A stretch of 46,209 nucleotides of DNA, the filler included, from Dirinaria sp. TL-2023a (taxonomy: Eukaryota): the NCBI GenBank assembly GCA_051941275.1. It is 2 parts of 2 records of this genome, joined end to end, with 100 filler letters (N's around TTAATTAATTAA, not from the genome) between each part and the next. Parts side by side here need not be neighbours in the genome. Positions count along the whole stretch, not along the records: positions 23,189 to 46,209 come from JAVEBF010000212.1; 1 more part is not named here. The stretch is one strand, 5' to 3'. The notes beneath the pieces were generated by a model that searched no databases, had not been told where the DNA came from, and saw only the letters and a program-made list of their open reading frames with translations. Numbering within the stretch: the first letter of the stretch is position 1; each line of letters opens with the position of its first letter. The position numbers and the translations under genes were made by a program. Of the stretch, positions 24,243 through 37,092 are shown in pieces.

Positions 24243-27200
24243 CTATCTTTTGTTAAAGTTGAGATATTTCGCCTAATGAATCAATCAGCGCCCGGTCATC
24301 GCACAGGTCATATATGATGTTGCGGCGTACCGTGATGAATAAAATCACCAAGTTACTGCCAATGAATGCGGCAAGGATTCCCAAATCCCGCCACCGATGA
24401 CTGAAACTGTATCCGAGCGGTTCGAATAATTCGTCGCCGACGCTGTACGCGCAGTACGAACAGTTGCTCGTGCCGTTATCCACAATATACCCCGGTCCCC
24501 CCGCAGCGAAGAAGTCCGCCATGTATTCCCCACAATTCCGCCCTGGCGGGCTCGTAAAGCGGTTCAGCTCACCCTCGGTGCACCTGACAGGAAGCTGATG
24601 GAGCTCCGTCACTAGCATGCCTCCAATAAGACGTGTCAAGGGATCGATCTGGTAAAGCCACGCCCTCCAGAAACCCGGAATCTGCGGCCTCGGGACCGTA
24701 ACACCGCAGAAGAGCGCGAAGATCATGAAGATCGTGGGGTTCAGCAGCGAGGCAAAGAAGGGCGAGGGCGTGACTGCAGCAATGGCTTGGCCCAGCATCA
24801 CGGTGAAGAACTCGGTTATCAGTATCATCAAAAACTGGTACCCTGCCCGGTCACTGGCGCGTTGGAAGCCGGTGATGTAATAGAGCGGAAGGAAGAGGCC
24901 GGCCGTGCAGAGGATGGAGTACGGACACTCGGCGAGCACCTGCGCCAGAGCGAAGGGGAACTCCTTGTATGCCTTTGCCGTCTGCTCACGATACGCGATC
25001 ATGCGTGAGATTTGATACTTGGGCTCGACTTGCGCGAGGATCACTGCCGGCAGAAGCGTGATCTGGAATATCACGAAGACGCGGTATTGCAGCGAGGCAC
25101 GGCTCTCGTCGAGCTGGAGGAACATGAGCCCCGTGAGGAGCGCAACGATGACATGGTTGAAGAAGCGCGTGAAGCCGTAGTTTGGGGACCGCCAGAATGC
25201 CAAGTGGGTGCGTCTCTGGACGATCTTGATCTGATGAAACATCGTAGTCGCGTACTCCTTCTGCTGCACTGGCGGTGTGTCGCCCACTTCTTGCAAACGT
25301 TGCTCCTTGATGCGGGCAATCTCCCGTTTAGTGTCTTGGAATTCGTCGCTGTCTTTCCAGACCTCGGCCCAGTCTCTCGATCCAAGGCGAGGCGCTTGAC
25401 CAGCGCCTATGGCATCCAGCATCCATTCGGCCGGATTCGCGTTTGGAGGACAGCTGGCACCGTGGCGCCGAAAGTAGTCGAGCAAGACGTGCGCGTCCTT
25501 GTCGATGTCTCCAAAGTACACGCACTGGCCACCGCGCTGCAGGAGCAGTAGCCGGTCGAAGCTTTCGAATAGCGCGGAGTTCGGCTGATGGATGGTACAG
25601 AGGATGGCTTGACCAGTGGAAGCGAGCTTGCGTAAAAATCGGACAATGTTGAAAGCGGACTGGCTGTCAAGGCCAGAGGTCGGCTCGTCGAGGAAAAGAA
25701 GTAATTCCGGTTTGGCAGCGAGTTCCACGCCGATGGTCACACGCTTGCGTTGCTCCACGGCAAGACCGCTTTCCGGTTCGCCAATGATCGCGTCTGCGAT
25801 ATCTTCCATCTCCAATAGGCTGAGTACTTCCTCCACGTACGTGTATTTTTCCTCTTGTGGAATATCGAACGGCTGTCTCAACTCGGCAGAAAATCTCAAC
25901 GCTTCTCGGACAGTCTGTGTGGGCTCGTGCACATCTATTTGTTCGGCATAAGACGTGCTACGTTGGAACGCAAGACTAGGAGGTTTGCCGTCCACCAGTT
26001 TGTCGCCAGTGATAACACCGATGTTCTTTCGTGAAGCAAGCACGTCCAAGAGCGTAGTCTTACCAGCTCCCGACTCACCCATCAAAGCAGTGAGAGTACC
26101 AGGCTTGACATATCCATAGATATCGTTCAAAAGCCGCAGCTGTCCCGATTGTAACGGTACGTCGTAGTTGATTGCCTCCCAAGTGAGGACAGCTTTAGAC
26201 GCGGCTTTCAAACCTGCGCCACCTTCGTCGTCGGTCTTACGGCGATGCTCTCGTTTCTGGCGAAGGGCTTCGTTGAGTGCCTTCCGCTCTTTGTTCTCTT
26301 TGACGAAATATGTGACAGTTCGACCACCAGCGCCCCATCTGACATACTCCCCAAGAAAAGTATTCGCGATGAGGAAAACCACGATCAGGACAACTATAAT
26401 GCCCCAGTAGCGCCAGAGATCCGAGGGGTCGAAATTGAAGGCGGTCTCGATGTATTGGGTGCCGGAGACAGAATCCGATCCAGCGGTACTACCCGAAAGA
26501 GTGCAGACCTGATGTTCAATATCATCGTAGCCGGGGCCGAACGGGATGAGGGACCCTGCTGTACATTGCAGGTTCAGATGCCGAAACTCGTTTATCATCA
26601 GTGCTGAGAAACCGAGGCCAATGGAGTTGAGGTAGAAAGTCCACCTCAGCCAGACTTGCTCCGAGTGCCATTGGATGAAATAACCGGAGGTTAGTATGAA
26701 AAGGACGACAATCATAGTAACGAGGCGAATCGCGACGTCGAAGTCAGAACAGACGCACCCGACGGTACGGAAGAAGAGCGATACAGCAAGATAGCAGGAG
26801 ACTGTCATGAGGTAGAAGATGAAGAATGCACCGGCTTCTCGGACAAGATGGCACATGAAGTAAACCATGACGCTGAAAACGAGGATTTGGACAGCGGAGA
26901 ATGCCAGATCTACAATCAGTTGCGCGATCCACAGCGCCGAAGGATGATGAAAGGCGTATGCACGATGCTTATTGACGATAGGTCTGCCCGTCATCGTGCT
27001 TATAAGCTCCGAAAAGGCCTGCGAGGCATTAAAGAAAAGAACTATGTAAAGAATACCACCGCGAGTAAACGCACCCGCGCTAGTCACAGGGAGATCGAGC
27101 CAGACGGTGCCGATCATAATGGCGGTGATAATGGACGTCACCCACGAGATGGCGAGAGAAGGCTTGTCCTGCCATTTGAGCAGATACTGGCGCTTCACCA

Positions 27201-28815
27201 GCGCCCATACCTGTAGGTAGAAGGGGATCGAATAAACAGACTTCTCAGAAGCGTGCCTCTTGCTGTCCTTGACTGCGGTCTGGAAGTCCGTGTAAACATC
27301 TTGCTCCCGCTGCATTTGCTGGTAATAATCCGACATCTCGGTCCAAAGTTGTTTGGAGAAGTTCGATTTATCGAAAGCGTCGACAAGCTGATCCGGAGTG
27401 CTGGGGACGTCATTGGAGCTTCTTCCAGGAGCGAAATCTCGTTCAAAGGGGTCGGTACATCCCGTCAAGTAATCTGGCGTCGTTTGACGAGGCTTCTCAA
27501 GGAAACCAAGGCGCTCGAAATACGCGCGGGCTTCCTTCGCCGGACCAAAAAACACTTGGCGGCCTTCATTAATGACCATTACTTTGTCAAAGAGCCGATA
27601 GATGTTCTCCGAGGCTTGATACAGCGACACAAATGTCGATACTTTGTAGATGTCCGTCAGGATACGGAGCGACTTCATGAAATCCAAAGCGGTCGAAGCG
27701 TCCAGCCCACGCGTGGAGTTGTCCCACGAGCACACCGTCGCATTGGTTACCATCATTTCAGCGATCGAAACGCGTTTGCGCTCTCCTCCCGATATACCTC
27801 GGACAAACGGGTCGCCGACGATCGTGTTGCGCGTGTGCTCGATGTTAAACATCTGCAGGAGTAGTCTGATGACTTTTTCTTTGAATTCATGCCGCGAGAG
27901 GCCTCCCGGCCGTTTTCCGGGCACCTTTGTCTCGAGCGCGAACTCGAGCGTCTGCCCGACCGTAAGCGTTGGCTGGTGAATGTCATCTTCACCGTTATAG
28001 ACCGCCTCGCCACGGTACGTTTCCGCGAAGGTCTTGCTATCGAAGGGTCCGTAGAGTACATCGCCATCGATTCTGGTATATCCATGTCGCTGGTTGCTGA
28101 TGGCTCTGAGGAACGTAGTACACCCGGATCCTGGCTGACCTAGAACTAGGACCATCTCACCCGGCTTCGTCACTCCGCGGAAATTCCTGAGGATGTCGAA
28201 CTGACGGCCCTTTTGGCGCCATTGGATCATGTTCCTCACGGTCTCGTAGACATTGAAGAAGCTCACGAATGCCATCGGGAATGTCTTGACGTAGTTCTTG
28301 ACTCCGCCAATGCCGCTCACTGTCAGCCCATCCCAGTATACGCCAATGCGCTTCGCTTTGACTCCGACAGCATCTTCAGCTGCCTTGTTTCCGCGTAACG
28401 TACTCTCAAGGTCGAAGGGTTGAATCGAACTATCGCAGTCCTCTGCTTTCTCAATATCGGCAGTGGTAGCCCCTTTGCTTTGCCCGCTCTCGATTTTGGC
28501 GAGCTTATGCGATGCATGACTAGCGTGCGAGAGCTCCTTGCTGACTTCCGCAAAGTCAGCTTCTGCCTGCTCAACGTTGACTCCGTGGCCGCTATTCTCT
28601 CTGCCTTGATGGATGGCAGTGTAAGTTGCCTCGAGTTCAGTCGGCTTTTCGCTCAACCCAAGTGTTTCTCTTTCTCTTTTCTCTCCTCTCTCCAGTTCTG
28701 ACTCATTGTCCAGTCCGTTGGAGTTGACATTAGCTGCCGGATCGCCAACGACAGCTTGCCGCCCGTCGCCTGGCACCGCTGCAATTGGTGTGGCGTTATG
28801 TTGTTGGCTGCTCAT
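24243..28815 (-). CDS. Full-size ABCG / PDR-type multidrug transporter (NBD-TMD)2
   Basis: NBD1 Walker A GQPGSGCTT with signature ISGGERKRVSIAE and WDNSTRGLD; NBD2 GESGAGKTT, LAVEQRKRVTIGVEL, FLDEPTSGLD; two TMDs. Terminal intron 24273-24330 gives ...AKYLNFNKR*. Confidence 0.95.
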
Positions 28816-31605
28816 GCTGATGCAGAAGCTCCTCTACTGCACCAAATCGATATTCAAAATCCGTGGAGAGTAATGGGCAAGGAGGAAAGCAGTGCATACG
28901 AAAAGAAGCAGCAGGCTCTGCTGTTGGCGGGGGATAGTGATCCCAGCGCCCTTCATCCTCGCTATTCATATCTCTCTGCATGCTCACTGTCCGGCGACGT
29001 CTATGTATAATACCCAAATTGCTTTTATCTACTGCAGGTCACCTGTACCATCTTCTCCGACCTCACACGAAACGCAGTATGACAACCTTGTTCGAAGGCG
29101 GTGGGATGAGATTAGCGTGCCATGCAGGGCGGTGCATGGCACTCGGTATGTATAGAACACCACGGTCAAAGTCCTGCCTAACACGATTATGATCAGCGCG
29201 GGTGCGCTGGCAGAGCGCTTACTAGATGGGGTCTTTGAGTGGTTGCTGAGACGACGTCCATACACAACCGCTGCATTAGTGACGCTGATCGCGCCATGAC
29301 TCATGGCGTACCGTAAGCTAATCCCTTGTTCCCCGTTCCCCGTATGTACTGAACTCGTTCTCGTACAGTACACCGCGGGGCATGACGCAGCGTTGTTCTC
29401 ACCCTTGCATTGCCATGAGACTAGGTAGGGTCTTAAGAAGCGCGGGTAAGACGGGAGCGGTAACGAAGGGACTCCCACAGTCTGTACGGGTACCTTAGCC
29501 AAAGCAAGGGGGAACAGGCGCTGATCACCCGAAGCCGTGCGTCGCTAGATGAAGCACTTTGCAGCGAAAGTTGACATGGCCGCGCAGCCGCCGCATCCGA
29601 TGTTTATGTACAGTGCGTGCCCCTCGTGACACCAAAGACGTGCACGAAATAGCACTGCTCTGGTTAAGGTCGCTTTCTGCGTGGGGCAGGGGCGGTAATT
29701 GCTGTTGCCGATCAATATGTATCCCCGAGTGCGCCTATGCCGGCAAGTCATGGGTGAACAGCCATTGGCGAATCCTTACGTTAGGGCTGATGCCGCCGCT
29801 GTCTATCGTGCCATGAAGCTGTTCATCTAGTGGCGGGCAACTGGGCTGGACACTCCAAGCATGCATTTATACATTGACCTCTGCCGAGGAGATAGCAATT
29901 CAGCCCGAGTCTCTAGCCATGAGGCTGGGTCATCAAACACAGCCAACACATCGTCCTCGGGTCGAATGTCCTTCACTAGTAAACATCCACAAAATGTTCC
30001 GATCGGATAATTTCGCCGTGATCCATGAACTGACTACCCAAATGCTTTGGGCCGATGTCAGTTTCGGACTGACGTCGGGCAGGTGGCTCTTTGAAGACGG
30101 GGCGACAACACACTTTGCAAAGTTCGTAAAACTGGGAAAAGGTTCTACGCTTTGTCGACTTCGGTCAGGTCGACTGGACTGACGGACGACTGTCCTGAGA
30201 CAAAGATCCAGAAATTGATCTTCGCTATGGCTTCTTCAGAGTACAGATTTGAACACGGTACGGAACTCGGACTTTCGTGTACATGAACGGTTCTTCCGGT
30301 ATCATATGAGTTAGCTAAGTAGCTCGATTATCTTGTCTGTTTCCCATAGTAGCGTTCCACGTTGTATTCTTCACGTATCGCCTTTCTGGTTATCTCACAA
30401 GACCATCCATTAGCTACTACTACATATGCGCGGGAATCCTCGCAGAAAACCTCTAACGATACAAACCAGCAACAAAACCTTCCAAGCAACGTGTACGAGC
30501 ACATATCACGCGCACAACCCAAGAAAGTCCAGGCGCTAAACAGGTAGCAAATCACGCGGAGCAAGTAGAACAACTTTCAACAGTAACCCTCCTTGATCAG
30601 GTATCTATGGAGCGACCGAATTCTAAGGGGCACACCAAAAGGCCATTCAATTCTCCCTACATGATCCAGATACCCAGGTTGTGTGTACTTACCCGATTTA
30701 CCATGTCGTGAATACGTCTAGATATAGCCACTGTAACTAGAGAAGACCAAAATGAATAATCTTGGCGTAAAGTTTTGTAGAAGAGGAGCTATTCTGACTG
30801 AATACAATGGTATTCCCATGTAAGCGTTCATTCAGCCCTACGATAAGGCTAGAAATTTCCCAAATCGCTCGTTCACAAAACCCTACGGAGCGGAGGAGTG
30901 TACGATCAGACAACGTCGCTCAACTTTACAAAAGCAAAAGCGTTGATCACTTACTTGCCAACCATCAACGCAATCATCGTTCCATCTTCTCCCCCATAAT
31001 TCGCACCGTGTGTCATGTGTTAGTCCGGCTCCGAGGGCAATTCTTTAGCATGGCATCTGGACCATCTACCTATGTGATACTTTAGTTTTAATCGGAAACT
31101 TCTGATCTCTAGTCGGGCATGAAGACACCACGCTGAGAATCCTACATACCTAACAAAGTGCGATTAACTTGCTCCCCATGCATGCGGCGGGGATACGCTC
31201 CTTCGAACGCGGGGAATGCGAAGGAGTCAAGCATCTATCTCAGTCAGCAGCTAGGATTCGGTTTTTTGACGATCAAGAGACAATATCCCACATCAATAAG
31301 CGTCTGAGCCATGTGCGTGTCGTATGGTGGGAATAAGATCCGAAGATCGAATTCATGTTGCGTACCGTGCCGCAGTTACATTTGCCACACGATACGGCTG
31401 CTGCCGCGGTCCTCGATCTGGATGCATGGAGCTTTCGGGTCGGCGATCCATATTTATCGCCGGTTGCATCGATCCCCATTCCTCTTGCACTGTATGCACT
31501 ATGTAAGTTCTCTCTGTATAAGGTAGTGTACAGACTTACGGCGCTAGTGAATCCTTAACACATCCTACAGAGGATCCGGAGTGGCGCTCGAGGGAAGCGG
31601 CGTAA

Positions 31606-31632
31606 ACACACACACACACACACACACACACA
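31606..31632 (+). repeat. (AC)n microsatellite
   Basis: About 13 uninterrupted AC units. Confidence 0.9.
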
Positions 31633-32048
31633 CTGGCTGCAACTAGTGCGCGGCAAGGACTTATCTTAAGATATGTATGTGATCGTACCTATCTTTTCCG
31701 CGCCATAATCCTGCGTAGCGGCATGTATGTGCGGATGCATCCCCGAACCGCATCCTGATCGATTGAACAACCCCGGCTTCTGCTGTTAAACGCGGGTGAG
31801 ACACATCGAGACTCCCCTACCTTATTGCTGAACAGAAATGACAATTTCGGATGCAAGTCATGATAGGTATGCACAACAACCCATTCTTAGAAAAGTGTGG
31901 GGAACAGCAAGTGTGAGATGACCGCAATAATAATGTGCCCCCAGGTACGGTGTATCTACCATTACAAAATCCCAGTTCGTTGCAAAATTTTATTTCAGTC
32001 TTGTCCCCCAATTGAGCGAAATATATCAACAATGATAACTCCTGCTCC

Positions 32049-33603
32049 CTAAGGTATGGAATCTACATAAGCTAGTGCGGCTTGCATGGCATATACCTGA
32101 AGCGCCGCTTTCGGTAGAGTGGCCTTTGAAGTACCGGCTTCAATCTCCAGCATCTCAGCTGCCCAGCCGCAAATTGCCGTCACGGCTGCGTCAACCTCTT
32201 GCTCCGTGTTGTGGGCGTGGAAGACCATCCGGATGCGACTGGAACCTTTGGGGACCACCGGGTAAGAAATGTTGTGTGCGTTCATGCCGGCCAAGGACAT
32301 GTGGAGGAACAGATACTGCTCGTGGCGTGGACGGGTGCGGATCGGCACGATGTGGCTGTGGTGTTGGCGTTGCTCCCAGTCTTCGGCAAGTGGGCATGAA
32401 AGCAAGCCGGCATCCACGGCCTCTTCCCACACGGGATCGTGCGTCAGTTTTTGGAAAAAGTACTTCACAATGGCCTGGATGCGGTCCTGAGCCTGGTGGT
32501 GGTGGTGGAGAAATTGATTGTTAGCGTAGGGAAAAAAGAAATGGTAGATACGAATTGTACCTTCTTAGTCTCGCCTCTGGCTAACATGCCGTAGCCAACA
32601 CGGATAGATGCGACCATCAACGTAGACGGAGCTCCGCAGTAGGTGAGGCAACGTGATTGGTGCATGATTGCATGTCGAATTATCTTGTTGCAAAGGATCA
32701 CGCCTAGGAAGCGCATCAGCAGGCTATCATTTGGTAAGGAGTAGTATGATGAGACAGACCTCCAGTAGATCCCAATGCCTTACTACACGTGTGAACGCGG
32801 ATCGCGATCTCTTTCTCCAGCCCCAGCATCTGCACCAAACCGGCTCCGTTTGGGCCCAGAACTCCGCTACTGTGGGCCTCATCCATGAGGAACTGGGCGT
32901 TGCCGAGTGGGAAGAGTTCTTTTACAACCGTAACGCACTCTTTCAGGGGGCAGATGTCGCCATCCATGCTATAGATCGACTGGACGCAAACCAGAATGGA
33001 TTGAGTGCCAGAGCGGAATGCGGGATACGCGTCTTTCAAGGAGCTCAGGACATCTCGCAAGGAGACCGGGTCGTTGTGGCGAAACGGGCGCTTGTGCGCC
33101 GCCGCGCTAATTCTCATCCCTACATGCATGCTCGCATGCATCAGCTCGTCGTAGACAATCGCATCGCCTGGGAGGAGAACGGCTTCAATGGCGCCCACAC
33201 AGGCGAAGAAGCCGGAGTGAGCGATCCAGGCCGTCTCGGCGTTGTGGAACTGCGCGATCTCTCTCTCCACATCCAGGATATAGTCGTGATTCCCGAACTG
33301 CGCGCGCGAGCCCGATGCACTGAGCAAGTATTTCCCTTGACGCTCCAGCTCTTCCTTGGTCGCTTCATGGATTCGGCCGGAACGGCGGAGACTGAGGAAG
33401 TCGCTGGTCGTCCAGTCGATGACAGAGTTGTCCCAGCGAGATTTGGCGGTCATGAGACCGAACTCGACTCGAGATCTGTCCAAGGCTTGCTCGATGTTGC
33501 GGTCGAAGGCTGGTGCATGCTTCATCATGGAAGATTGAAGTTTATGCTCATTGAGCCAATTCTTGAGCATTCGCTCAGCGTACATGGTGGTAGAGTCAGA
33601 CAT
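32049..33603 (-). CDS. PLP-dependent alpha-oxoamine synthase / aminoacyl transferase (class II aminotransferase; SphA/FUM8-like polyketide chain-release type)
   Basis: Motifs YDELMHASMH, FRHND, SIYSMDGD, MDEAHS, PLP-Lys HTCSKALG, YPVVPKGSSRIR. The N-terminal MKHAPAFDRNIEQALD segment resembles PKS-associated members. Introns 32704-32759 and 32493-32560 give an open frame. Confidence 0.85.
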
Positions 33604-34338
33604 AGCTTGGAGTTGTAGTCAATAAGTCAACACCTATATCGCTTGGATAAGATAGAGGACTGATGTGAAAACGAATGTATGAAATAAGAACTTAGGAAGA
33701 GCTTGTTATCTTAGGATGGCATTTCGTAGGTCTCCCGGCTTCTCAAATGCTTTATGATCGACTCCACAATCGAGTGAGTCAGTGAGATCGGCCACGGACC
33801 GAGCATCTTTGCTATATGTCTGGCTGTTCCGAAAGCTCGTTGTGGCATGCATCTCCATTCACGCCATCTCGCATGAAGGTGATCTCTGGTAACGAGTCTG
33901 TCAAGATAGACTCCGCGCGCATCCGAAGACCACACTTGCAGGCTAGTCTTTGAGTCGAATGTGCTGACCGCGTATCTGCTAGCGTGGGAACCGTAGTTTT
34001 GGAGATGATTGGAAGCTCTGTCCTCCTATCGCCAGCACCAATTGCTGACAAAACCTGCATTCCCAGTTCAGCCTGCATTGAAAGGGCCAGAACATTGTCG
34101 ATCGCGTGGTATCTCTGCATCCTGTGTCTTGTCAGGTGTCATAATGGATGAAAAAGCATGGCGCTGAGAGGGGTAGTGACAACAAGATGGTTTGGTTGGG
34201 CATTGCTCTGAAGAGGGTTGTCGCGAGCATTGGTATTGCACGATGATCAGGGCGAAATGTACTCGTTATACCCGACTATTGTCGATCATTTGACAGACGG
34301 ATCGTACATAGGTTCACTTCGTTCCACTTAAGCTCTTC

Positions 34339-35067
34339 GGTAAACACACATACAACACCGCAAATGCTTTCCTGGACGCGTTCTCGCAATACAGTAGAAG
34401 CCAAGGATTGCCATGCACAACCATCACATTCGGTGTCATGGAGGGTATCGGCGTCATGAGCAACAACGTCGACCTTTTGAGAAAGTTGCAAGGCTCCGGT
34501 TGGCGGTTGAACGATGAGTCAGAGCTGATTGAAGCCGTGGATTCGGTGATACAGCTCCAGACCAACAAGCGGGGTATCAAGCAAACATCCGCATCAAGTT
34601 GTCCCGACTTAGACGACAGGAGCAGGTTCATCTTTGGCTTATGTCCATCCGTGCCGCTCAGCATCCTCGACAGTTACACAAACCTACGGGCTGATGTTCG
34701 CATGGCCGTATATCACAATTCAAAACGACAGAGTAACAAGTCCACAGTGCCAGAAGACGCCTTGCGGACGCTTCTTAGCACGGCAAAGAGAGATGCATCG
34801 ACCCTTGAGTCGAGCGAGAACGTGTCCCTTCTCGCTTTAGAAATCGGGAAGAAGCTTTGGAGCCTACTGTTACTTCTTAACGATAATCTGAACCCCTCAA
34901 TGAAAACAGGCGAGATGGGACTGGACTCTATGGTGGCTGTGGAGATGGGCGCTTAGTGGAAGCTCACTCTTGGTCTCGACATTAGTATGTTCGAGATAGT
35001 AAGCATGGGAACATTAGAAGCATTAGGCAAGCGAGCAGCAAAGGACCTTATCGGCCTCTACACTTGA
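34339..35067 (+). pseudogene. C-terminal fragment (KR tail + ACP) of a highly reducing iterative PKS
   Basis: KR catalytic segment YNTANAFLDAFSQY..GLPCTTI.FG.MEGIG, linker D.RMAVYHN, ACP GLDSMVAVEM. An in-frame TAG at 34954-34956 sits where Trp is expected, then WKLTLGLDISMFEIVSMGTLEALGKRAA. No KS/AT/DH/ER domains upstream. Confidence 0.88.
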
Positions 35068-37092
35068 CCATTTGAGGTTCAAGAATTCGCTCACCCCGAA
35101 AGACCAAGGGGTACGTAGATTGAACCCTTTCGAGCCTCGGTAAGCTACATAGTACATCGTTCACACTCATTGCTGGGCCTGAGATAATGATGTCGATCAG
35201 ATGAGGGGAGTTGTAGCCTGCTTTATCTGCCCGCACAATTAACGGATGTTGTCCTCATCAAGGAAGTCAGAATGTGCTTGAACAAATGCTTGCTGAGATG
35301 ACGCCGTGTGCTAACAGGTGATAGACAAGAAAACATACTTACGAGCAGGCTGTAGTGGCGAGAGTGGTATCAAGGTAGAATTAACACAAGATAGTAGCAA
35401 CTGCTCGATCTCCTCGATGTACAACGTATTGTAACTAGCTTCCAGAAACTTACCTAGGACTATGCATGATTGCCACAAGTGAACTATAGGCAAAGGGTTG
35501 GTTCCGTCTTCTTATCCAGGCGGTTGGAGCAGCATTACAGTTTAAGAAACACCTAAAATCCTTATGGGTATGGAGCGTGTACATATTCTAATCATTTAGC
35601 ATTGAAGATTGGAACGTCTATCTCGAGTCCATCAGCTTGGTGCTGGATGATAGATCAGCTTACACAGACGCTCAAGTGTTGTGTGTTTATTACTTCTCTG
35701 CGGCATCCAAGTTTTCATGATTAACTTTTGAGGCTTAGGGTCATTTTAGGGTTGTCTTCAAGCTCAGGTTCAGCCGAAACACTCATAAGCACAAAGGGAC
35801 CAGGAAGCTCAGCCCGCGGTAGAGATGATACATCTGGGGCCACTATCCTGCCACTACTCATTGTCATCCGACGAAGTATTCACTCTGCCTGCTTCGGAAT
35901 GAAGCACAGTAAAACTTCCCTGCTCGACCACGTGCGAATCTTCAAATCAAAGACACTTCTAAATGGAATGACGATGAACCGATTCATCACGAAAGTGCTA
36001 TGATGCAATAGGCAGATCGTTGCAGTTTAAAATGATGCGAGGACAGATAGGAAGAACCGGAGAGAGGTATTGATAGATGAAAGCGAGTAGCAAACGACAT
36101 GCGTAGGGCCATACTGGTTTGATCATTGAGTGCACACAGTACCGGGATGCAAGGGAGTCTTGTACACAGCCTGGAGTAGACTTACTTCCAAGAAGTTCGC
36201 GCAGTGCTCGGCAGGAGATGGATACTCTTCAATTCATATAAGGCGCAGATATCGAATTATCGCCCGAAACTTGGGAGAGCACTCTGATCAGAAAACCCAC
36301 GAGCTAACAAACCAGCTCAAACCGATCTCAGCGGTTCTGACCAAAGAAATCCAAACTCTTATCGAACGTAGCAAGGACAGATAAAGTACTTAGAAATTCC
36401 ATTAGCATCCTCTCTTTCCTATAATCTTCCTTTCCAAAATTTGAATATCCTGCCTGCCTCGTGTGTGTCCCTTACTCTTGCTTCGCCGCGGAAGAAAAAA
36501 GAAATTGGTTCAAAATTCTGGATGGCATGATCTGAATATGCTTCGGCAGGAGCATCGTGGGCAAAAGCGTTTTGAAACCGATGAACTTTCAGTCCAGTGG
36601 AAAAGAATACTGATGAAAAGCAGTAGAGATCGAGCGCCAAGTAAAGGCTGATAGATGTGGGTAAAATCTCAGGTAGGACGTGAAAAATAACAAGTTGTGG
36701 AGAGCAATTAGTAACAGGTCATTTCCAAATTGTTTCCCTTTGCGCTATTGCAGTCTCTTCTCTGAACTTTCTTCATCGCTGGCAGCAGAAATCGTTGGCG
36801 TTCTTTGCAGTAGCTCATCAGTATCTGTATGATCTTCTTGTTGCCCAATGGCTGTAGATGTGTATGGAGGGAGAGCAGCAAAGGGCCTCCAAGTGTCCAA
36901 GCGAACCAATCCACATCTGGTGGTGGATTCTTTGTTAAGGTACTGCCAACACGCATCGAGTGCTTGCTGATAAAACAGCCTCGTTTTATGGACGGCAGTC
37001 CAGGATCCGGTGCCGACCTGATCTGAAGCTTGGATCCATGGCTAAGAGACTGTCTGTGCAGTAAATAGCACCATGTCTTCGAGCTATTCCTG

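Noticed and set aside
28816..32048. Short ORFs and CGG triplets in the 3.2-kb ABC upstream region
   Set aside because: No recognisable protein; CGG spacing does not define a convincing Zn2Cys6 site.
32049..33603. Housekeeping biotin gene bioF
   Set aside because: No bioDA neighbour; the N-terminus and adjacent PKS relic fit the secondary-metabolite subfamily better. Phylogeny is needed to be sure.
32668..33618. 316-aa plus-strand ORF, and similar antisense ORFs over HIR1, TIM44 and the ABC gene
   Set aside because: Antisense shadows of real genes with biased codons; no motifs.
35100..37050. Possible decayed gene between the PKS relic and the NLR
   Set aside because: Some coding-like fragments, but no family could be assigned.
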